From positions 13,798-77,797 of the IMG/VR virus record IMGVR_UViG_3300045918_000470: DNA of 64,000 bases; one strand, 5' to 3'. How positions within the stretch are numbered: position 1 is the first letter of the stretch; each line of letters opens with the position of its first letter. This DNA comes from a virus. The notes below the pieces were generated by a model. That model was not told the DNA's origin. It did not search any database and was given only the letters and a program-made list of their open reading frames with translations. Below, one piece after another: positions 8,584 to 19,899 of this stretch. Made by a program: the position numbers and the translations under genes.

Positions 8584-11500
8584 ATGACAGATGTAATATT
8601 AACCCACAAGAATGAACTCAAAGAAGCTTTTGAAGAAATTCTTGATAAACGTGAAAGTAAAAATTCTTCACGTGTTGATGAAAAAGATGATAAAAAATCT
8701 GATTCTATATGGTCAAAATTCACTGGAAAAAAAGATGATAAACCTTCTGATACTATTGTTGCAGAAGCATTAAAAGAGCCACTTAAAAATGATAAAACAA
8801 TTATTGATGAGATAAAAGAAAATAATCATCTCCTTAAAAAAATTGATAAAAAACTCAAGAAATTATTGAGTGGAAAAGTAAAAGGTCATGACCCACGCCT
8901 TAGTTTTGATAATAACATTGGTGGTGGAAAATCATCAGGAAGTTTATTCAAGACGGTAAAAGGTTTAGGAAAAGCTGATCAGACAATCAAACCTACTGCA
9001 GGTGGTGGGTTAGGTTTGCTTGATCTTGCCGAGGGGGCTGCAGCTTGGAAAGGTGCAAAATCATTATTTCAAAAAGCACCTAAGGTTGCACCTAAAGTTC
9101 CTAATGTTAAACCAGACTCATGGTCTAAAGTTGCATCAGCAGAATCAACAGTTTCAAAACTAGCACCAGCAGAGGGTGTAATTTCTAAAGCTGCACCTGC
9201 TGCAATTGAAGATGCCGGAATGATGTCAAAAGGATTAGGCACTGCAGGTAAAATTGCTGGTAAGGTGGCTGTTCCATTAACTGGATTAGTTGCAGGATAT
9301 GACAAATACTCTCAGATCAAGGATGATAAAAACCTAAACGGTGGTCAGAAAACAGCTCAAGTTGTTGCAACTGGTGGTGGAGCAATGGCTGGTGCCGCAG
9401 GTGGAGCAATGGCTGGTGCCGCACTTGGGAGTGTCGTTCCCATTGTAGGAACTGCCATTGGTGGTATTCTTGGTGGTATTGCAGGTGCATATCTTGGACA
9501 AAAAGGTGGGGAAGCAGTAGGTAATGTTGCTAGCGATGCATTAGCAGATGATCCTAAAAAAGTTCTCGGAAAAACACCTGAAGGAAAAGCGATCCTTGGT
9601 GTACAGACATCATTAAATCGTGTTGAACGTAAAGTAAATACTTTAATTGCAAAAAAAGCTATTGATTTTAAAGGAACATATTCAGGTAAAGATCCTAAAA
9701 AATTAGGTGATACTGAAAAAACAGAAACCCCTGCAGATGTTGCACCTAAAAAAGAGGAAGAAGGAAAAGGATTTTTCGGTACTATTTCAAGTGGAATTCA
9801 ATCATTTGCTCATAGCGCAGCAACCGTAGGTAAAGATGCATGGGACGCAGCGAAAAAACTTGGCGGTCAAGGAATTGATAAACTTTCATCGTATTTTGAA
9901 TCTGGTAACAAAGGTGCTGGTGCAATATCATCAGGTCGTGGTGATCACGGCGGTGCATCATATGGTACACATCAATTCGCATCTGCTAATGGTTCTTTAC
10001 AAGGATACCTTCAGAATTCTAAATACGGTAAAGAATTCAATGGGTTGGCACCAGGATCTGCTGAGTTCAATTCTAAATGGAAAGATATAGCTGATAAAGA
10101 TCCTAAAGGGTTTGAGGCAGATCAGGCACAATATACAACTGCAAAATATTTTGTACCACAACAGAAAAAACTTGCAGATGCTGGCCTTGATGTTTCTAAA
10201 CGATCAAAAGCATTACAATCTGCTGTTTATTCTGCAAGTGTTCAATTTGGTGGAAATTCAGATATAATTTTAAATGCACTTAAAGCACAAAATATAGATC
10301 CAAAATCTGCAAAAGATGAAGATATCATTAATGCAATATATCAATACAAGATGGATAATAATTCAACATTATTCAAAAGTTCAAGTACTGCAGTTCAACA
10401 AGGAACATTAAATCGTGCAGCAACTGAAAAACAAACAGTACTAAATACATTACAAGAGGAAAGAAAAAATCCTAATTCAGGTGCCCAGACACCTGCTCAA
10501 GCATCAAAACCATCAGTTGCTAAAAAACCAGGAACCGTAGGAAGTAATCGTCCTAAGATGACAATGGGTACTAATTCATCACCTTCAACACCAGGAATGA
10601 ATAGAGGATCAGGTCGTGGTCAAGGTACAAGTATTTTCAGTGGAATCAGCTCAGGTTTAAGTTCCTTTTTCAAACCAATGGTTCCAGGTTTCATGGCAGG
10701 TGTTGATAGAACAACATCAGCCCTAGGAGCTGGTTATGATGCTATTAAAAGTTTTGTTGGTAATGCATTAAAACCGGCAGATCCAAGCGTTAATATAAGC
10801 GGTGTTCAACCAGCAGTTTTGGGAAATTTAAATGCAATGGCATCGGATTATGCAAAACGAACTGGACAACCATTACAAATCAATTCAGGTTATCGTGCAT
10901 CAGCAAAACAAGCTGCATTGTATCAAGCAGATCTTGCTAAAAATGGAGGCCAACCATCAGGTAAAGTGGCACCTCCTGGTTCATCTCTTCATAACTATGG
11001 AATGGCTGTAGATGTCAATTCAACAGCAGGTAACTACTTACAACAGTCAGGTATGCTAGATGCATATGGATTTACAAGACCGATGCCTGGTGAACCTTGG
11101 CATTTAGAACCAAAAGGTATTAATAGAACAAACGTCAAAAACAACCCTGCCGGGGAGGCTGCAAAGGTTCAACAGAATGCAAAACCAGCGGTTGCTATTA
11201 AAGATGTGAAACCACCACAATCAGGTGGTAATGATGTATCTAAACGTAAAACAGAAAGTGCTGGTCCTCCTGATAAAGGTTTCCAGGCACTTGTAGCAAA
11301 GAAAAAACCACAAACAGCTACTGCTTCCGTAGCAAGTTCCTCAGGAGGTTCGCCTAAGACCCCTGCACCCGTTGTTGCAAAACCATCAGGATTAGCAGGC
11401 AACGTTGTTAAACCAACAGGAACGCCGGGGGTAACCCCGGTAGTTGTTGATAATACACCAACAGATGCATCAGCATCAGCGCCATCATCAAGTGGTTCAT

Positions 11501-11730
11501 TAGCCAATGTATGTAATGCAACCCCATTAGCTGTAACACCTAGTGCAGATATAAAAGTATCATCACAAAATGATAAACTGGATTCAACTGCAGATAAACC
11601 TCAGGCACCTGTTGTGATAAATAATACTAATAACACATCTAGTCAAGGCGAGAATAAAGGTTCATCTGAATTTGGTATGAGTCAAGTTGCAGGTCCAAAT
11701 CCTTATACAATTGCTTTAATGACATTTTAA
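8584..11730 (+). CDS. Tape-measure/gp29-like baseplate hub protein with a lysozyme-like domain and an M15 peptidase domain
   Basis: Gly/Ala-rich membrane segment; FESG..GAISSGRGDHGGASYGTHQF; SGYR..Q..LY...VAPPGSSLHNYGMAVD...EPWH; C-terminal PVVINNTNN. Confidence 0.75.
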   Translation: MTDVILTHKNELKEAFEEILDKRESKNSSRVDEKDDKKSDSIWSKFTGKKDDKPSDTIVAEALKEPLKNDKTIIDEIKENNHLLKKIDKKLKKLLSGKVKGHDPRLSFDNNIGGGKSSGSLFKTVKGLGKADQTIKPTAGGGLGLLDLAEGAAAWKGAKSLFQKAPKVAPKVPNVKPDSWSKVASAESTVSKLAPAEGVISKAAPAAIEDAGMMSKGLGTAGKIAGKVAVPLTGLVAGYDKYSQIKDDKNLNGGQKTAQVVATGGGAMAGAAGGAMAGAALGSVVPIVGTAIGGILGGIAGAYLGQKGGEAVGNVASDALADDPKKVLGKTPEGKAILGVQTSLNRVERKVNTLIAKKAIDFKGTYSGKDPKKLGDTEKTETPADVAPKKEEEGKGFFGTISSGIQSFAHSAATVGKDAWDAAKKLGGQGIDKLSSYFESGNKGAGAISSGRGDHGGASYGTHQFASANGSLQGYLQNSKYGKEFNGLAPGSAEFNSKWKDIADKDPKGFEADQAQYTTAKYFVPQQKKLADAGLDVSKRSKALQSAVYSASVQFGGNSDIILNALKAQNIDPKSAKDEDIINAIYQYKMDNNSTLFKSSSTAVQQGTLNRAATEKQTVLNTLQEERKNPNSGAQTPAQASKPSVAKKPGTVGSNRPKMTMGTNSSPSTPGMNRGSGRGQGTSIFSGISSGLSSFFKPMVPGFMAGVDRTTSALGAGYDAIKSFVGNALKPADPSVNISGVQPAVLGNLNAMASDYAKRTGQPLQINSGYRASAKQAALYQADLAKNGGQPSGKVAPPGSSLHNYGMAVDVNSTAGNYLQQSGMLDAYGFTRPMPGEPWHLEPKGINRTNVKNNPAGEAAKVQQNAKPAVAIKDVKPPQSGGNDVSKRKTESAGPPDKGFQALVAKKKPQTATASVASSSGGSPKTPAPVVAKPSGLAGNVVKPTGTPGVTPVVVDNTPTDASASAPSSSGSLANVCNATPLAVTPSADIKVSSQNDKLDSTADKPQAPVVINNTNNTSSQGENKGSSEFGMSQVAGPNPYTIALMTF

Positions 11731-11739
11731 GGATAATAT

Positions 11740-12618
11740 ATGAATGGTTTAATTGAGTCAGGTGCAACAGCAACTAAGAACAAACACACCAATAAAACAA
11801 AATCATCTGCATTTACTGGTTATAAATTTCCAACGGCGGCTACAAGTAATAAACTGGGGGATCTAGGTATAATAATTGGGGCGTTTAATGAGAAAGAGGA
11901 AGATAGAAAAGGTAATAAACAATACAATAAGACAGATTCAAAAGCAAATTTTCAAAGCGCTGTTCTTCTTCCTATGCCCAATTCAATACAAGACGCACAA
12001 GGTCACCTTTGGCAAGAATATTCTGTAACAGATATGATAGGTGAAGGAGTAGCAGCAGCAGGTGATGCTGTTTCTAGTTTCGGTGGGGCTCGAGGTGCAA
12101 TGGTTGGTTCGTTCATAAAAGGTGCCGGTGCAGCAATGCAGACATCAGGCACAGCAAATAAACTAGCTAGACGAGTTACTGGTATTGGACTAGATCCTAA
12201 TACACGTCTTGAATACACCGGCGAAGCTATGCGAGAATTTACTTTTAATTTCACTATGATTCCAGAATCACAGGCGGATTCTGAGGCAATAAGAAATATA
12301 ATAAAATTTTTCAGGGTAAATGGTACAGGTGCTACAACATTAGGTGGTGATAGTGATGGTTCAGTAACAACTGGATTGGATAAAACTACAATATCTGATC
12401 TTCATGCATTTATAACAGAGCCTGGTTGGTTCACGATTGATTTTAGAAACAAGTATCTAAATTCTATGTTTATGCCTGATCAAATGGTGTTAACAGCATT
12501 CAGTACATCATTATTTGAAGATGGATATGCCGCATTCTTTGATGATCAATCACCTAAAAAAGTTTCTATGTCAATGACATTTAAAGAACGTATTCCTAAA
12601 TATCAAAATAGCTGGTAA
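11740..12618 (+). CDS. gp48: Baseplate tail tube cap
   Basis: LLPMPNSIQD, DPNTRLEYTGEAMREFTFNFTMIPES, MSMTFKE. Confidence 0.8.
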   Translation: MNGLIESGATATKNKHTNKTKSSAFTGYKFPTAATSNKLGDLGIIIGAFNEKEEDRKGNKQYNKTDSKANFQSAVLLPMPNSIQDAQGHLWQEYSVTDMIGEGVAAAGDAVSSFGGARGAMVGSFIKGAGAAMQTSGTANKLARRVTGIGLDPNTRLEYTGEAMREFTFNFTMIPESQADSEAIRNIIKFFRVNGTGATTLGGDSDGSVTTGLDKTTISDLHAFITEPGWFTIDFRNKYLNSMFMPDQMVLTAFSTSLFEDGYAAFFDDQSPKKVSMSMTFKERIPKYQNSW

Positions 12619-12621
12619 AAT

Positions 12622-13446
12622 ATGAAATCAAGAATACAATATAATAATTCAATTGTTAATCATCAGAAAAAACAATATCAATTTACCAATTTCACACGTG
12701 ATTTACATAGGATTCCTGATGAATTTTATGCAACAAATATGTACAATAATGTGCTTGTTGAAGATGATCTAACTTTTGAATTATGTTCAGAAGGGATATA
12801 TAAGAAATCTGATTATTGGGATCTTCTTATGTTATATAATAATATAACAAACCCTCTTGCATTACCTAAGTCAGCATATACAATTGAAGCAATTGTAGAT
12901 TCAAGACTAAATAGTTGGTTATCGAGATATATACTAAAAGGTAATGATTTAGATATTCCAGATATAACCATTAAAGATAATGTGTGGTATATCTTTGTAC
13001 CCGATCAAAATGCAACTGATAGCGCAAATGCAGATTTAATTCAAAAAGTATCATCAATAAATGCGAGTATAGGTAATCTTACAAAAGATCTATCACGTAT
13101 GGAAACTGAATATGAATCTATAAAAAATGATTCGAGCGATTTTGGTGGTTATAAGCGAAAAATTTTAAGAACAGATATTAATGATACTCGTGATAAAATA
13201 TTCAAATTTCAACAAGATATAATGGATATTGAAGATGAAGGAATTAATATAAAAGGTACATGGAATCCTATTCGCCAAAAAGATCTTGATAAATTATTAT
13301 CTAAAAGTGCAAGCACAATGGTAAAACAGGTTTATATAAAGTTGATGAACGATGCTTTAAAAGAAAATGAGAAACATAGATATTTAAAATTCCCAAAAAT
13401 TGAATATATTGCACGGATGTTAGATTACATTAATAAAGGTACATAA
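12622..13446 (+). CDS. gp53: Baseplate wedge subunit
   Basis: ELCSEGIYKKSDYWDLLMLYNNITNPLALP LysM-like motif; gene order. Confidence 0.75.
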   Translation: MKSRIQYNNSIVNHQKKQYQFTNFTRDLHRIPDEFYATNMYNNVLVEDDLTFELCSEGIYKKSDYWDLLMLYNNITNPLALPKSAYTIEAIVDSRLNSWLSRYILKGNDLDIPDITIKDNVWYIFVPDQNATDSANADLIQKVSSINASIGNLTKDLSRMETEYESIKNDSSDFGGYKRKILRTDINDTRDKIFKFQQDIMDIEDEGINIKGTWNPIRQKDLDKLLSKSASTMVKQVYIKLMNDALKENEKHRYLKFPKIEYIARMLDYINKGT

Positions 13447-14654
13447 TGAAAGCAAGTCCATTATCGGAATTATACACAAAAGACAGTCAATTATTTTTCA
13501 TGAGCAAAAAAGGTGAGAAATATTTTATTGAAATTTCGTGGTTAGATAGATTAGAAATTCATTGGAATATGTTATCTATGTCAGGAGTTGTAGGTGCAAC
13601 AATGACATTTGCCGATCATCTTTCTTTCAATGAATCTATTCCGCTCGAAAAAGGCATATCTTTTGAGATGAGTCTTGCGGACACGAGCAAAAACAAATTT
13701 AAATATGTATTTGTAATTACTGATATTAAAGTAGAAACTGTTAATAAGACAAGAAAAAATATATCGCTTGCAATGATGGACCCGTACTCATTTAATATGA
13801 TCAAGACATTTCATAGTAAAGGATATAATCAGAAAAGAACTGATGAGATCATTAATGATATGTGTCTACTAGATGAGGACATTAAACTTTATGATAAAAT
13901 TAATGGTGTTCATGAATGGAATTCAGGTGTTACCACATTACCGACAGGCAAATATTGCAAAACTTATAGTTATGTTACTAGCGGAAAGAAAAGTTCATTT
14001 AGAAACATTAAAGAAAAATGTTATGAAGAAGGGATTCTTGCATACACGGATCGTGAAGCACGAAAATATGTTTTTCTAAATGATATGTTTAAGGATAAGG
14101 AACCTCGCACTGATATATATCATCAAGTTGCCGGTAATGATGATTACATATATAAAATTGACGAGATTAAAAAAGTACCACCTGGGAATATCGATTTATT
14201 AGACCCTGCATTGAAAAAAGAATGGTTTTCCCCGTGGTATGGTGCGCCACAAACTGTTGATATTGATCTACCTAAATATGAACTAGATTTTGAATATAAA
14301 AAGAAGATTTCTAAGGTTATTGATTATCACGGACAGATAGGTCAGAATGCAACAAGATTAAATGATGTATCCCCGGAAGGTAGAATCATCCATTCATATC
14401 TTTCAAAAGCTCTTCAACGAAACCAAATACTTATTTTAATTTATGGTGATTTTACATTAAATTTAGGTGAGTTAATAGAGACACAGATTTATTCAACGGG
14501 CGGAAAGATCGATGAAATTGATCAGGAAGTATCGGGGGTGTGGATGGTAACAGAAATTGTTGATGCTATTCACCCACCATCATTTTATCAAGTAGTTACT
14601 TTATCAAGACCAAGAATAATGAAGAAAGATCATGCCCCGATTAAACCCAAATGA
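13446..14654 (+). CDS. Baseplate hub protein (gp27-like)
   Basis: Precedes gp5; C-terminal IYGDFTLNLGELI...SGVWMVTEIVDAI. Confidence 0.6.
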   Translation: MKASPLSELYTKDSQLFFMSKKGEKYFIEISWLDRLEIHWNMLSMSGVVGATMTFADHLSFNESIPLEKGISFEMSLADTSKNKFKYVFVITDIKVETVNKTRKNISLAMMDPYSFNMIKTFHSKGYNQKRTDEIINDMCLLDEDIKLYDKINGVHEWNSGVTTLPTGKYCKTYSYVTSGKKSSFRNIKEKCYEEGILAYTDREARKYVFLNDMFKDKEPRTDIYHQVAGNDDYIYKIDEIKKVPPGNIDLLDPALKKEWFSPWYGAPQTVDIDLPKYELDFEYKKKISKVIDYHGQIGQNATRLNDVSPEGRIIHSYLSKALQRNQILILIYGDFTLNLGELIETQIYSTGGKIDEIDQEVSGVWMVTEIVDAIHPPSFYQVVTLSRPRIMKKDHAPIKPK

Positions 14655-14675
14655 ATAAATAATTAAAAAGGGGAT

Positions 14676-15680
14676 ATGATGGATGATTTTCAAAGATTAA
14701 AAGAAAGCGTTCACCCTAATCATACCTTCTATCGTGCCGTAGTCGAAGATAACAATGATCCTGAGATGTTAAATCGTTGCAAAGTACGAATAGTTAATAT
14801 CCATACATCGGATAAGAAGCTAATGCCTACGGATTCATTACCTTGGGCAGAACTTATGTTCCCAACAACACGAGGTTCACAATCAATACCATTACCTGGT
14901 CAATGGGTATGGTTATTTTTAGATCAAGGACGTGAAGATAGACCTATTGTTATTGGTACGATCACAACTATTGGTGCTGGTAAACCAGATATTACTAAAG
15001 GATTTTGTGACCCATCAGGAACATATCCTAAAGCTAATGATTATAATTCTCCAACAACTCACAGATTTTCACGTGTTCAGGAATTGGATAAAACACCAAA
15101 CAAAACAATTAATGATACGTTGTCTGAGACAAATACTACGATTGGTTCAGGACCCGATAAAGTTGATGTTAAATTTAAACAAAAACCATCAACAAATGAT
15201 AAATCAAAATACCCATCAGTAAATGTTCAAGAAACTGCCGGTGGACATCTGTATGAAACTGATGATACCCCTGGAAATATGCGTATTCGTCAATTTCATA
15301 CAACGGGAACATATTGGGAAATTGAAAATTCAGGTACATACACATTTAAGTCAAAAAATAATTATGAACTTTATGTAGATGTAAATATGATAACAAAGGT
15401 AAAAGGAACCAGTACAGTTCATATTACCGGTAACGTAACTGAGGTTATGGATGCAAATGAAGTAACACAAGTTCATGGAAATCAGACAAAATATGTAACT
15501 GGTAATGAGACGAATACTATTACAGGAAACTTCAAAGAAACTGTCAAAGGTAATGTTACAATCAATGTCACGGGAAAACACACTGAGAATGTCAAGGGTG
15601 GTATAGATATTAATGGTAACCCAAAAGTTAAAATTCATGCATCAGCAGTTTATATTGACTCATTCGTTTATTTAGGATAA
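14676..15680 (+). CDS. gp5: Baseplate central spike, no lysozyme domain
   Basis: OB-fold VVEDNNDP...CKVRI...LPWA; YPSVNVQETAGGHLYETDDTPG; VxGN beta-helix repeats. Confidence 0.9.
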   Translation: MMDDFQRLKESVHPNHTFYRAVVEDNNDPEMLNRCKVRIVNIHTSDKKLMPTDSLPWAELMFPTTRGSQSIPLPGQWVWLFLDQGREDRPIVIGTITTIGAGKPDITKGFCDPSGTYPKANDYNSPTTHRFSRVQELDKTPNKTINDTLSETNTTIGSGPDKVDVKFKQKPSTNDKSKYPSVNVQETAGGHLYETDDTPGNMRIRQFHTTGTYWEIENSGTYTFKSKNNYELYVDVNMITKVKGTSTVHITGNVTEVMDANEVTQVHGNQTKYVTGNETNTITGNFKETVKGNVTINVTGKHTENVKGGIDINGNPKVKIHASAVYIDSFVYLG

Positions 15681-15689
15681 AGGTAAAAA

Positions 15690-18600
15690 ATGGCAACAGC
15701 TAAATTTGTAACAACTATAACTAATCATGTAAGTTCAGGCACTATGTCGGGTGCATCATTGAGTAAACTTGTAGATTTAAAAAATGCTGCACAAGCAAGT
15801 TGTATGGCAGAGACAAAATTTCTAACAGATGCATTGAAAGCATATAAACAACTTACACATTTACTTAACGCAACATCATGTACTGTTCATTTAAGTACAT
15901 TTGATTTTGCCGGTCGTGTTGCAATGGGAGATTTTCTTAATGATACATTAATGGAAGAATTTGGTACAAATCCCGATAAAGCTTTATCAGGAGCAGTGAA
16001 TCTTATTAATTCAGCATGTTCATCAATCAATGGAATTATGGGTATGATTAACATGCTCAAAGATTTCCTTCTTGCATTATATCGCCTAATGGATTTTCTA
16101 AAAGGATTAGGAGATTTTGGTATTGAATGTCATTTTGGCGAGTTAGAATTATTGTTAGGTCAAACTAATAAACCCACACCAGGGGTATTTTCCTTCCCAG
16201 TTTCAATACAGACACATTTTGATAACTCAGCAAGAATTTTGAGTAAAATGTATGGTAATGCATCATCAGGTGTCCCATCTGCATTATCATATTCAGAAGC
16301 ACAATTATCACGAGATCCAGTTCTTGCAATAGATTCTGTTAGTGGTATCGAAATTACATCAGCAATGATACTACAAAATAGTCTTGTCAATCCTAATAGC
16401 CTAGTGTATGATCCTGATATTTCATTCATGTATGATAAAGGATTAAGATTTGGTCAGGCACTTGTAGATATGCAATCACGTGTAGCAAATGGGTTGATCA
16501 TGGATGCAGGAGATATTGCTACTGCTGAATTAATGTCTATTGGGACGTGTAGTATAGATGGATATTCTGATAAAACATCATGTGAGACGGCAGGAGGAGT
16601 ATGGACTGTAATATCAACCCTTGCAAAAACAACGGCAAAAATTCCTAGAACATTACAAATATCTGCAATGAGTGAATTATTCGATACAACGGTTGAGTCA
16701 AAGGATAATGTTCTAAATACATCTACCGGTATTACATACATCAGATCATATGAAACATTGCCACTAACTATTGATCTAATGTCCGTGCAAGGAGTTGCAG
16801 GTTCTGTACCACCATACCATTACACTTTATCAATTCAAAGCAAAAATGCTGATAGTAGTTATATATCATTACAGTCGATTCCAGGTCTAGAGCAAAAATT
16901 AGTTACCGTCACAAGCGATTATAATTCTTCCTTATTAAAATTATTAAATGCTAAAAATAGTCTTGCGGATGCTATTACTAAAGCATCAGATGTTGGTACA
17001 CCTCCATCCGTACTTTCAACATATACATCTTTAATGAATTCATATGATTCTAAATCAGGAAACATTACAGACAAATACAATATCGTTAATAATAACCCAA
17101 ATAAAATTGGACAGTTAAAATGGTTAATTGATTTAGGAAACCAAGCAATCACAAATGGCGTAGATCATGCAACCCTAAATAACGGAACAACTGGATTAGT
17201 TACGTTGACATTTCCTATAAAGAGTTTTGATACAACACCAGGTGCATTTAATGATATAACTAATTCAAATGAATTTATAAGCACAGATATCACAAATGTA
17301 AATTCATATCTTAATCAGATTCAACAGTTTTATAATGAGAGTAATGTATTAGATAATTTTATAACTGATCTTTCATCAAAAACTAGAGATCTAATATTAG
17401 TGTATAATGATTTTCAATCAAAGAATGCATTGTCAGATCAGATATATTATGGTGTACATAAACCATATGTGTTTCCAGGAAAAGGAACAATCAGAACCGG
17501 TGATGCTAAAGTTTATGTATCATTTTCTAAACCTCATACTGAAATTCTAAATGATATTCCAGATAATATTACATTGAATTTGTTTCATGGTGATGTATTT
17601 TATGATAATACTAATGATAATGGTATAACGGTAAAAATGTATTTGAGAGTGTTGGGATCTGTTCCTAATTATTATAATTATAAATGGGTAGATATCGGGT
17701 CAACTGTTTCTATTGATAAAGATATATCAGGAACACCAATTCCAATAACTATTACAATAGATCCTACTGTGTTTGCATCAATTGATAGTAAGACAAATAT
17801 ATATACATCAGGTGATGGTATAGATCCTTCATTGAATTGGAGTGTGTATAAATCTTGGATTAATATCGGGGATGTTTGGTTAGATTCAAGTAATATAACC
17901 ATAGGTCTTTTACAAAAAGTATATATTTACGATTCAGGATTAGAATCGTTTAAATGGACAGCATTACTATCAAATAATGCGCCGGCACTAGTTCCTAATA
18001 ATATTACAACGTTAGAAGATTCAATAATCACTGGTAATCTATTATCTTCAGCTTTTGATATGGAGAATGATGTAATCACATTAGTCTCCGTAACCGTTGC
18101 AGGTGTTGAAACAAATGCGATAAATGGATCAAATGTAAATGTAACCATATCTAACTCGTTAGGTATTTTCACATTAATAAGTGATACGGGTGATTATATC
18201 TTTACTCCTACAGCAAATAAGAATACCAATACAACGTTTAGTTTTACTTATAAAGCAAAGGATTCTAAAGGTGCTGTTTCAACGTCAATATTCTCAATCG
18301 CAATAACACCTGTAAATGACCCACCTCAGGTTTCAGGACCGATAGATGTAATATATCTAACATCCCAAGTGGCAACAACAATTGATTTATTATCAAATAC
18401 AACTGATATAGACCTCGATATTATAAGTATTGACGATTTAGGAAAGGTTTCAGGTAATGATTCAAATTTTGTTAATTATAACAAATATACACGAGTATTA
18501 GAATTTAATCCAACATATTTCGTGGATATTTTAAAACGTGATGAGATTAATAATGTATTATTGACATACTCAGTAACAGATAATAAATCAGCGAAAGTAC

Positions 18601-19589
18601 CAACATCAGCATCAATTAAATTTAAAGGTATTAATCATCCACCGATAATATCAGGCCCAATTTCAAAACTATTTCTGGTAACAGATGCAGTGTCAGATGT
18701 TCATCTTGATCAAAATGCAACAGATTTTGATGGGGATATTTTGCGTGTTGATTCCGTTGGGTTCACAGTAACAGGTGATGAAGTAGGAATTACGAGGGTT
18801 CTTTCATCGAATAAGGTAACAGTCAATCCATCATTATATAGTTCATTGAAGCGTGATCAGACATCCGTTGTAACATATTCATATCATCTATTAGATGCTA
18901 TTAATGCACAATCATCAGGAACAACGGCAACTATAACTATTAAAGGTATTAATCATCCACCGATAGTTTCCAACGATATTATAGTTAATAAAATAACTAC
19001 AGATGCATCATTTGATATTATGTTAGATCAAAATGCAACAGATTTTGATGGTGATATACTTTCCATTGATCCATTAGATTTTAATGCAACTGGAAATGAA
19101 AATGGTATTACAAGAGTTCTTGCATCAAATAAGGTAACAGTTACGCCACAACAATATCATAATATATTAAAACGTGATGAAACGTTAGATATTGTTTATA
19201 CATATTATGTACTTGATTCAGTATCAGTTCGTTCTAATATGGCAACGACAAAAGTAACATTAAAAGGTGTTAATCACCCACCTGTTATTTCAGGTAATAT
19301 AACAGTAAATAAATTGACTTCAGATACCACATTTGATATTATGTTAGATCAATTCGCTACAGATTTTGATGGTGATATACTTTCTGTTGACCCATTAGAT
19401 TTTAATGCAACTGGAAATGAAACTGGTATTACTAGGGTTCTTTCATCGAATAAGGTAACAGTCAATCCTTCATTATATACCTTGGCAACAGGTGTACACA
19501 GTGTTATCACATATACCTATTATGTACTCGATGAAGTTTCCGCACGCTCAAATCTTGCTACGCTTACAATTACAATTACTGGTGCATAA
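15690..19589 (+). CDS. Large virion protein with C-terminal tandem cadherin/Ig-like domains
   Basis: About 5 repeats starting NNAP/NDPP/NHPP with ATDFDGDIL and YTYxVxD motifs. Confidence 0.75.
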   Translation: MATAKFVTTITNHVSSGTMSGASLSKLVDLKNAAQASCMAETKFLTDALKAYKQLTHLLNATSCTVHLSTFDFAGRVAMGDFLNDTLMEEFGTNPDKALSGAVNLINSACSSINGIMGMINMLKDFLLALYRLMDFLKGLGDFGIECHFGELELLLGQTNKPTPGVFSFPVSIQTHFDNSARILSKMYGNASSGVPSALSYSEAQLSRDPVLAIDSVSGIEITSAMILQNSLVNPNSLVYDPDISFMYDKGLRFGQALVDMQSRVANGLIMDAGDIATAELMSIGTCSIDGYSDKTSCETAGGVWTVISTLAKTTAKIPRTLQISAMSELFDTTVESKDNVLNTSTGITYIRSYETLPLTIDLMSVQGVAGSVPPYHYTLSIQSKNADSSYISLQSIPGLEQKLVTVTSDYNSSLLKLLNAKNSLADAITKASDVGTPPSVLSTYTSLMNSYDSKSGNITDKYNIVNNNPNKIGQLKWLIDLGNQAITNGVDHATLNNGTTGLVTLTFPIKSFDTTPGAFNDITNSNEFISTDITNVNSYLNQIQQFYNESNVLDNFITDLSSKTRDLILVYNDFQSKNALSDQIYYGVHKPYVFPGKGTIRTGDAKVYVSFSKPHTEILNDIPDNITLNLFHGDVFYDNTNDNGITVKMYLRVLGSVPNYYNYKWVDIGSTVSIDKDISGTPIPITITIDPTVFASIDSKTNIYTSGDGIDPSLNWSVYKSWINIGDVWLDSSNITIGLLQKVYIYDSGLESFKWTALLSNNAPALVPNNITTLEDSIITGNLLSSAFDMENDVITLVSVTVAGVETNAINGSNVNVTISNSLGIFTLISDTGDYIFTPTANKNTNTTFSFTYKAKDSKGAVSTSIFSIAITPVNDPPQVSGPIDVIYLTSQVATTIDLLSNTTDIDLDIISIDDLGKVSGNDSNFVNYNKYTRVLEFNPTYFVDILKRDEINNVLLTYSVTDNKSAKVPTSASIKFKGINHPPIISGPISKLFLVTDAVSDVHLDQNATDFDGDILRVDSVGFTVTGDEVGITRVLSSNKVTVNPSLYSSLKRDQTSVVTYSYHLLDAINAQSSGTTATITIKGINHPPIVSNDIIVNKITTDASFDIMLDQNATDFDGDILSIDPLDFNATGNENGITRVLASNKVTVTPQQYHNILKRDETLDIVYTYYVLDSVSVRSNMATTKVTLKGVNHPPVISGNITVNKLTSDTTFDIMLDQFATDFDGDILSVDPLDFNATGNETGITRVLSSNKVTVNPSLYTLATGVHSVITYTYYVLDEVSARSNLATLTITITGA

Positions 19590-19608
19590 ATAATCTAAAA
19601 GGATTATT

Positions 19609-19890
19609 ATGCCTCCAGTATCTCGCATAAATGACCCAGTACAACATGGTTGCTATGGTGGTCACGTCCTCAATTCCGGTTCAGGGAATGTATTCGCAAA
19701 CGGTATTCCAATGTCAAGAATAGGCGATACTGTTACCGTCCACTGTTGTGGTCCCGCATGTCATAGCGGAGCACATTGTACGGGTTCTGGAAAAGTATTC
19801 ACAAATGGTAAACCCCAGGCAAGGATAGGTGACCCTATAGATTGTGGTTCTATTATTGTTGGCGGAAGCGGAAACGTATTCGCAAATTAA
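19609..19890 (+). CDS. PAAR spike tip protein (gp5.4-like)
   Basis: GSGNVFANGIPMSRIGD...GKPQARIGDPIDCGS with His/Cys metal ligands. Confidence 0.92.
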   Translation: MPPVSRINDPVQHGCYGGHVLNSGSGNVFANGIPMSRIGDTVTVHCCGPACHSGAHCTGSGKVFTNGKPQARIGDPIDCGSIIVGGSGNVFAN

Positions 19891-19899
19891 AGGAAAAAT

